A stretch of 64,000 nucleotides of DNA, from NCBI GenBank assembly GCA_041562555.1, contig JBFEXS010000001.1:17916-81915 (forward strand), given 5' to 3'. The DNA comes from Sulfurimonadaceae bacterium. Lineage in GTDB: Bacteria > Campylobacterota > Campylobacteria > Campylobacterales > Sulfurimonadaceae. Shown here in pieces: positions 59,831 through 64,000 of this stretch. The notes beneath the pieces are model-generated. The model saw nothing but the letters and a program-made list of their open reading frames with translations, was not told the origin of the DNA and searched no databases. Both the position numbers and the translations under genes were made by a program. The first letter of the stretch is position 1. Each line of letters begins with the position of its first letter.

Positions 59831-60403
59831 ATGGTAAATATAGAACGTAAGACAAAAGAGACAGATATTAAAGTTGACCTTGAGTTGTATGGTGAAGGTA
59901 AAAGTAAGATTGATACCGGAGTAGGTTTTTTTGATCACATGCTTGAAAGTTTTGCCAAGCATGCACTTATTGATCTGAATGTCAGCTGTAAGGGTGATAC
60001 GCACATAGATGATCATCACAGTGTAGAAGATGTGGGTATTGCCATCGGACAGGCACTTAAGGCTGCGATTTATCCTGTGGCTAAAATAGAACGTTTTGGT
60101 TCAGCTGCGATCGTAATGGATGAAACCTGCGTCGAGTGTGACCTTGATCTGAGCAATAGACCGTTTTTGATCTATGATGTGGATGTTGCAGGTAAGGTTG
60201 GCAACTTTGATGTTGAACTTGCGGAAGAGTTTTTCCGTGCTATCGTCTTTAATTCGGGTTTGACAGCACACATCATAATGAAACGAGGAAAGAATAAGCA
60301 CCATATTCTCGAAGCTTCTTTCAAGGCGTTAGCGGTAGCGCTTCGTCGTGCTACAAGCAAGAATGAACGTATATCTGTCCCAAGTACAAAGGGTGTTTTG
60401 TGA
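59831..60403 (+). CDS. hisB: Imidazoleglycerol-phosphate dehydratase
   Basis: RKTKET, FFDHML, DDHHSVED, NKHHILE, PSTKG. Confidence 0.97.
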   Translation: MVNIERKTKETDIKVDLELYGEGKSKIDTGVGFFDHMLESFAKHALIDLNVSCKGDTHIDDHHSVEDVGIAIGQALKAAIYPVAKIERFGSAAIVMDETCVECDLDLSNRPFLIYDVDVAGKVGNFDVELAEEFFRAIVFNSGLTAHIIMKRGKNKHHILEASFKALAVALRRATSKNERISVPSTKGVL

Positions 60404-60894
60404 TTGAACTTTTGGTTTTTGATGTAGATGGTTGCTTGACGGACGGAAGAATCACGTATAGTGAAAATGGCGATGAAATAAAGTCTTTCAGTGTGAAAGA
60501 TGGCCTCGCAATCAGTTCATGGATACGTTTTGGCAAAAAAGCAGCAATTATAACTGGAAGACGTTCTAAAATTGTCGAGAGAAGGGCAAAGGAGTTGGGT
60601 ATTCCTTACCTTTTTCAAGGGGTGAAGAACAAACTGGAAGTTTTAGAGAAAATCCGCGAAAAAGAGCAGATAGAATATTCGAATATAGCTGCGATAGGGG
60701 ATGACCTGAATGATTACCGAATGTTAGAGGCAGTAGGTATGAGCTTTACTCCGGCAGACGGATCTGAATATATCCGTGCCTTGTGTGATGTGGTTTTATA
60801 CAACAAGGGTGGTGAAGGGGCTGTTCGCGAGATGATTGAGAGTATCATCAAAGACAACGGTCTTGAAGAGGAATTTTTGAAGACCTGGAAATAA
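60400..60894 (+). CDS. kdsC: KDO 8-phosphate phosphatase
   Basis: DVDGCLTDG, F.VKDG, IGDDLND, GGEGAVRE. Confidence 0.93.
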   Translation: MIELLVFDVDGCLTDGRITYSENGDEIKSFSVKDGLAISSWIRFGKKAAIITGRRSKIVERRAKELGIPYLFQGVKNKLEVLEKIREKEQIEYSNIAAIGDDLNDYRMLEAVGMSFTPADGSEYIRALCDVVLYNKGGEGAVREMIESIIKDNGLEEEFLKTWK

Positions 60895-60897
60895 GCG

Positions 60898-61416
60898 ATG
60901 CGACTAACCCATTTTTTTGTCTTTTTGCTGTTTTTTTGCATTGCCCTGTTCGTGTTCTTGCAACCCCATGAATATGACACTGAGCATGGGAATGAGGTTG
61001 CACAGCTTGAGATCGAGGACTTTAATCTATATGAGATAGATACGCAGGGTGTTCAAAGTGTCGTCAGCGGAACGTTGGGTAGACAGTATACAACCCATTA
61101 TGAAGTCGAAAATGCCCATTACGTTGTTAATGAGAACCAGCTGGGTGAACACCTGTATGCCGATAGAGGCAAATTCCAAAGAGAGGTCGTCTATCTAGAT
61201 GATAATGTACGTTATTTCCGTGAAGACGGCCTCTCTTTTGAGAGTGATCATGCGGTTTATGATACAAAAAAAGAAAGACTGTATGTGCCAGAGAAGTTTA
61301 TCATGACACAAAATGAAAACATCATATACGGGAGTGAATTGCATTATGATGTAAAAACAGGACAAACCAGTGCCCGAACTATTGATGCGAACTACTATTT
61401 AGAGGATAGAAAGTGA
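60898..61416 (+). CDS. lptC: LPS export protein LptC
   Basis: N-terminal TM plus beta-rich domain; between kdsC and lptA. Confidence 0.75.
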   Translation: MRLTHFFVFLLFFCIALFVFLQPHEYDTEHGNEVAQLEIEDFNLYEIDTQGVQSVVSGTLGRQYTTHYEVENAHYVVNENQLGEHLYADRGKFQREVVYLDDNVRYFREDGLSFESDHAVYDTKKERLYVPEKFIMTQNENIIYGSELHYDVKTGQTSARTIDANYYLEDRK

Positions 61417-61889
61417 AAAAAATATTAATTTTATTGAGTCTGTGTAGCGTGACTCTTTTTGCAGAACAGGTGAAGATACTAGCGGACGCCTTTGACGGAA
61501 ATGAAAAAAAAGGCGTGACAGTCTTCAAAGGAAATGTGAAGATAACCAAAGGAAGTGATGAACTGAATGCCTCCAAAGTGAGTGTATTTACGAACAAAGA
61601 CCGTACGCCGTACCGATATGAAGCGGAAGGAAAAGTGTCTTTCTATATTGACCTGGTTGACAATAATGCGACATATAAAGGTGACGCCGGAAAGGTTATT
61701 TATTTGCCACAAAAACAGGAATATCAGTTTTATAAGAACGTACACCTGTATCAATTGGGAACGGATCGTAAGGTCTTCGGTGAAGAAGTCCTTTTGAATG
61801 CAATTGACGGAAATGCAAAAGCAGTCGGAAAAGAGAAAGCACCGGTGATGATGATTTTCAATATTGAAGAAAAAGATGAGCAAAAATAG
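61413..61889 (+). CDS. lptA: LPS transport periplasmic protein LptA
   Basis: Signal peptide, I.AD, VFKGNVKI, OstA-like pattern. Confidence 0.88.
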   Translation: MKKILILLSLCSVTLFAEQVKILADAFDGNEKKGVTVFKGNVKITKGSDELNASKVSVFTNKDRTPYRYEAEGKVSFYIDLVDNNATYKGDAGKVIYLPQKQEYQFYKNVHLYQLGTDRKVFGEEVLLNAIDGNAKAVGKEKAPVMMIFNIEEKDEQK

Positions 61890-62507
61890 ATGATTGACAT
61901 CATTAATGCAAAGTTTATAACCTCTGCACCGAATATTAAATTGGCTCCAGAAGAAGAACTTCCTGAAGTCGCTTTCTTGGCACGTTCAAATGTTGGGAAG
62001 TCATCCTTATTGAATTCGTTGGTAAATCATAAAGGAATGGCTAAAGTATCAGCGACCCCTGGTAAAACTCAGCTTATTAACTTTTTTGAACTTGAGTTCA
62101 GAGATGTTGAAAATAATGAACGAAAAGGAGCCCGATTTGTGGATCTGCCCGGCTTTGGTTATGCAAAGGTCTCTAAAAGCATCAAATCGCAATGGCAAAA
62201 ATCATTAACACAGTTTATTGCCGAAAGAGAGCAGATTAAGCTTTTTATACACCTCATTGATGCCCGCCATCCCGGTCTTGAGATCGATGTGGACGTGGAT
62301 GAATATTTATCTGAGATACTTGAGGAAGATCAAGTGCTGTTACATGTTTTTACCAAGATGGATAAGCTGAATCAAAAAGAGCTTGGTGCCTTGAGAAAAG
62401 AATACCCGGGTGCATTAATGGTGTCAAATACCAAAAAAAGAGGCATTGAAAAGTTGACACAGGTTGTGTATTCTATCTTATTCGATGATAATGGGGTGGA
62501 AGCATGA
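61890..62507 (+). CDS. engB: Ribosome biogenesis GTPase YihA/EngB
   Basis: RSNVGKSS, PGKT, DLPGFGYA, TKMD. Confidence 0.95.
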   Translation: MIDIINAKFITSAPNIKLAPEEELPEVAFLARSNVGKSSLLNSLVNHKGMAKVSATPGKTQLINFFELEFRDVENNERKGARFVDLPGFGYAKVSKSIKSQWQKSLTQFIAEREQIKLFIHLIDARHPGLEIDVDVDEYLSEILEEDQVLLHVFTKMDKLNQKELGALRKEYPGALMVSNTKKRGIEKLTQVVYSILFDDNGVEA

Positions 62508-62962
62508 TACGATATGCCAAGGCAAAATTATCTGATGTAAAGCAGATGCAGGAACTCGTTCAACCCTTTGTTGATGATGGAACGATTTTGATGCGTAGCG
62601 CCGATGAGATCGCAACCAATATACGATCATATACCTTGGCTTATGACGGTGATACCTTAGTGGGATTCTCTGCTTTACATATACATACAATTTCTTTAGC
62701 GGAGATCCGCTCACTTATTGTCTCACCACAATATCAAGACAAGGGGATTGGAAAAGAACTGGTATCTTTGTGTTTGAAAGAAGGTGAACTGCTTGGTCTT
62801 AAAGAGGTACTTTCTTTAACATATAAACAGGCATTTTTTGAAAAGTTGGGTTTTGTTGAAATCCCTAAAGAATCACTCCCGGAACACAAGATCTGGGCCG
62901 ATTGTATTAAATGTAAACACTTTCCTTTATGCAACGAAGTTTCACTTATAAAAAAATATTAA
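62504..62962 (+). CDS. GNAT acetyltransferase, short ArgA-like (N-acetylglutamate synthase)
   Basis: LAEIRSL.V, GIGK.LV, LSLTY, FFEKLGF, KIWADCIKC...CNE. Confidence 0.85.
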   Translation: MIRYAKAKLSDVKQMQELVQPFVDDGTILMRSADEIATNIRSYTLAYDGDTLVGFSALHIHTISLAEIRSLIVSPQYQDKGIGKELVSLCLKEGELLGLKEVLSLTYKQAFFEKLGFVEIPKESLPEHKIWADCIKCKHFPLCNEVSLIKKY

Positions 62963-63381
62963 CAGGTTTTCTGTTTACCATTATCTTTGCCTTATATCAA
63001 AGTCTCAGTAGTGTTTATTTGCTTTTTCCGCCACTGCTTGGGGTTTTGTTCTTCTATTTTATCCGTGCATTGGAAAAAGAGGATTTGCCACGCTTGGCTC
63101 TCGTCGTCTTGTTATTGTTGGTCTTTGAAGCGGAAAAGGATTTTCTGCTTTTTAGCGTTCTGGTCTACTTTACCTTTGTCTATCGTTTTGTCATCCCTAG
63201 ACTTCGCATCATGATCTCATGCCATATCTGTTTAAAGCTGATTTTCCTAGTATTGGCTTATCCCGGATATGTCCTTTTTTCCTATGTACTAAGTCAAGTG
63301 TTGTGGGTTGAAGCTCCTAGTGTGGACTGGCATATCATATATTATATGTTTATTGAGTTTTTTCTGGTGATGGGACTATGA
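62929..63381 (+). CDS. Integral membrane protein, possible MreD-like
   Basis: About 5 TM helices, 150 aa, stop overlaps the mrdA start (ATGA). Confidence 0.7.
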   Translation: MQRSFTYKKILTGFLFTIIFALYQSLSSVYLLFPPLLGVLFFYFIRALEKEDLPRLALVVLLLLVFEAEKDFLLFSVLVYFTFVYRFVIPRLRIMISCHICLKLIFLVLAYPGYVLFSYVLSQVLWVEAPSVDWHIIYYMFIEFFLVMGL

Positions 63382-64000
63382 GAGTCAAATTTGTTTTAAT
63401 CGTATTTGTCCTTGTATGGGTCTCATTATTGGTACGTATCTATTATCTGTCGATTCAGTCAAATAATTATTATGAGACACTTGCAGATAAAAACACAATC
63501 AAATTCGAATATATTCCTCCTATTCGAGGTGAGATCCTTGATAGGAACAAGCAGCCACTTGCGATTAATAAGCTGGGGTTTAAACTTCAAATCGCGCCGC
63601 ATCTTTCAAGTAAAAATGGTGAGCTGGATAATGAGTTGGATATTATCACTACGATGTTCCCTTTTATGAATAAGGATGAATTGAAAAAGAATTATCTAAA
63701 GAAAGATTCCTATTATAATCACCATTTTATCACGGTAGTCGACTTTGTCTCCTATGAGGATGCCATCCCAGTATATTCGAAAATGAATTTAAATGAAAAC
63801 ATCAAACTGCTTCCATCGCCTAAGCGATATTATCCAAACCGAAAACTTGCAGCGCATATCATCGGCTATGTGGCTAAAGCTAACAAGGAAGATGTGGAAG
63901 ACAATCTTGTGGCAAAATTGACAGGCTCAACAGGGAAAAGCGGTATCGAGAAGTTCTATAATGAGTTTCTGCAGGGGAAGGCCGGGGAACGTGAAATCAA
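63378..64000 (+). CDS. mrdA: Penicillin-binding protein 2 (3'-truncated by window; absent from ORF track)
   Basis: Own translation MRVKFVLIVF...PPIRGEILDRN...KRYYP...AHIIGYV...GKSGIEKFYNEFLQG. Confidence 0.93.
   Translation, partial: MRVKFVLIVFVLVWVSLLVRIYYLSIQSNNYYETLADKNTIKFEYIPPIRGEILDRNKQPLAINKLGFKLQIAPHLSSKNGELDNELDIITTMFPFMNKDELKKNYLKKDSYYNHHFITVVDFVSYEDAIPVYSKMNLNENIKLLPSPKRYYPNRKLAAHIIGYVAKANKEDVEDNLVAKLTGSTGKSGIEKFYNEFLQGKAGEREI

Noticed and set aside
1..64000. CRISPR array, tRNA/rRNA, IS, prophage, phase-variable poly-G tracts
   Set aside because: None seen by eye; intergenic gaps are all under about 320 nt with no repeat-spacer pattern. Infernal/tRNAscan would be needed to exclude small ncRNAs

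Overview
This is a gene-dense, mostly housekeeping chromosomal segment. Gene content and order point to a motile, probably sulfur-oxidising Campylobacterota bacterium (Sulfurimonas/Sulfuricurvum/Sulfurovum-like; inferred, not proven). About 75 CDS are supported. They form a reverse-strand block (murJ-cysS, pyrD-M16 peptidase-dapA-SDR, pgsA-rseP-yggS), fapA-ruvA-ddl-hydrolase-murF-dctQM-HIT, an accessory-looking patch of hypothetical genes around fliL/ribBX/exonuclease (21-29 kb), UDG, superoxide reductase, glyS-mnmC1-hemH-pldA, a Sel1-repeat cluster, recQ, sqr, nemA, rpsU, a diguanylate cyclase, adk-aspS, an FTR catalytic subunit, nadK-recN, and the conserved tatD-mltD-rlpA-hisB-kdsC-lptC-lptA-engB-GNAT-(mreD-like)-mrdA run. 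dsbD is truncated by the left edge and mrdA by the right edge. I saw no rRNA, tRNA, CRISPR array, transposase, integrase or prophage, and no clearly novel multi-gene system. The best leads are: a coiled-coil/exonuclease/orphan trio; a stand-alone topoisomerase C-terminal-repeat-like protein leading a Sel1 cluster; an orphan TRAP pair spliced into the ddl-murF operon; a candidate cryptic MreD; a NarX-P-box diguanylate cyclase; a palindrome upstream of nadK-recN; a G-less tract with G-quadruplex potential; a sigma54 site before fapA; and a 59-aa membrane ORF missed by the ORF track. All functional calls come from motif recognition by eye, without database searches.
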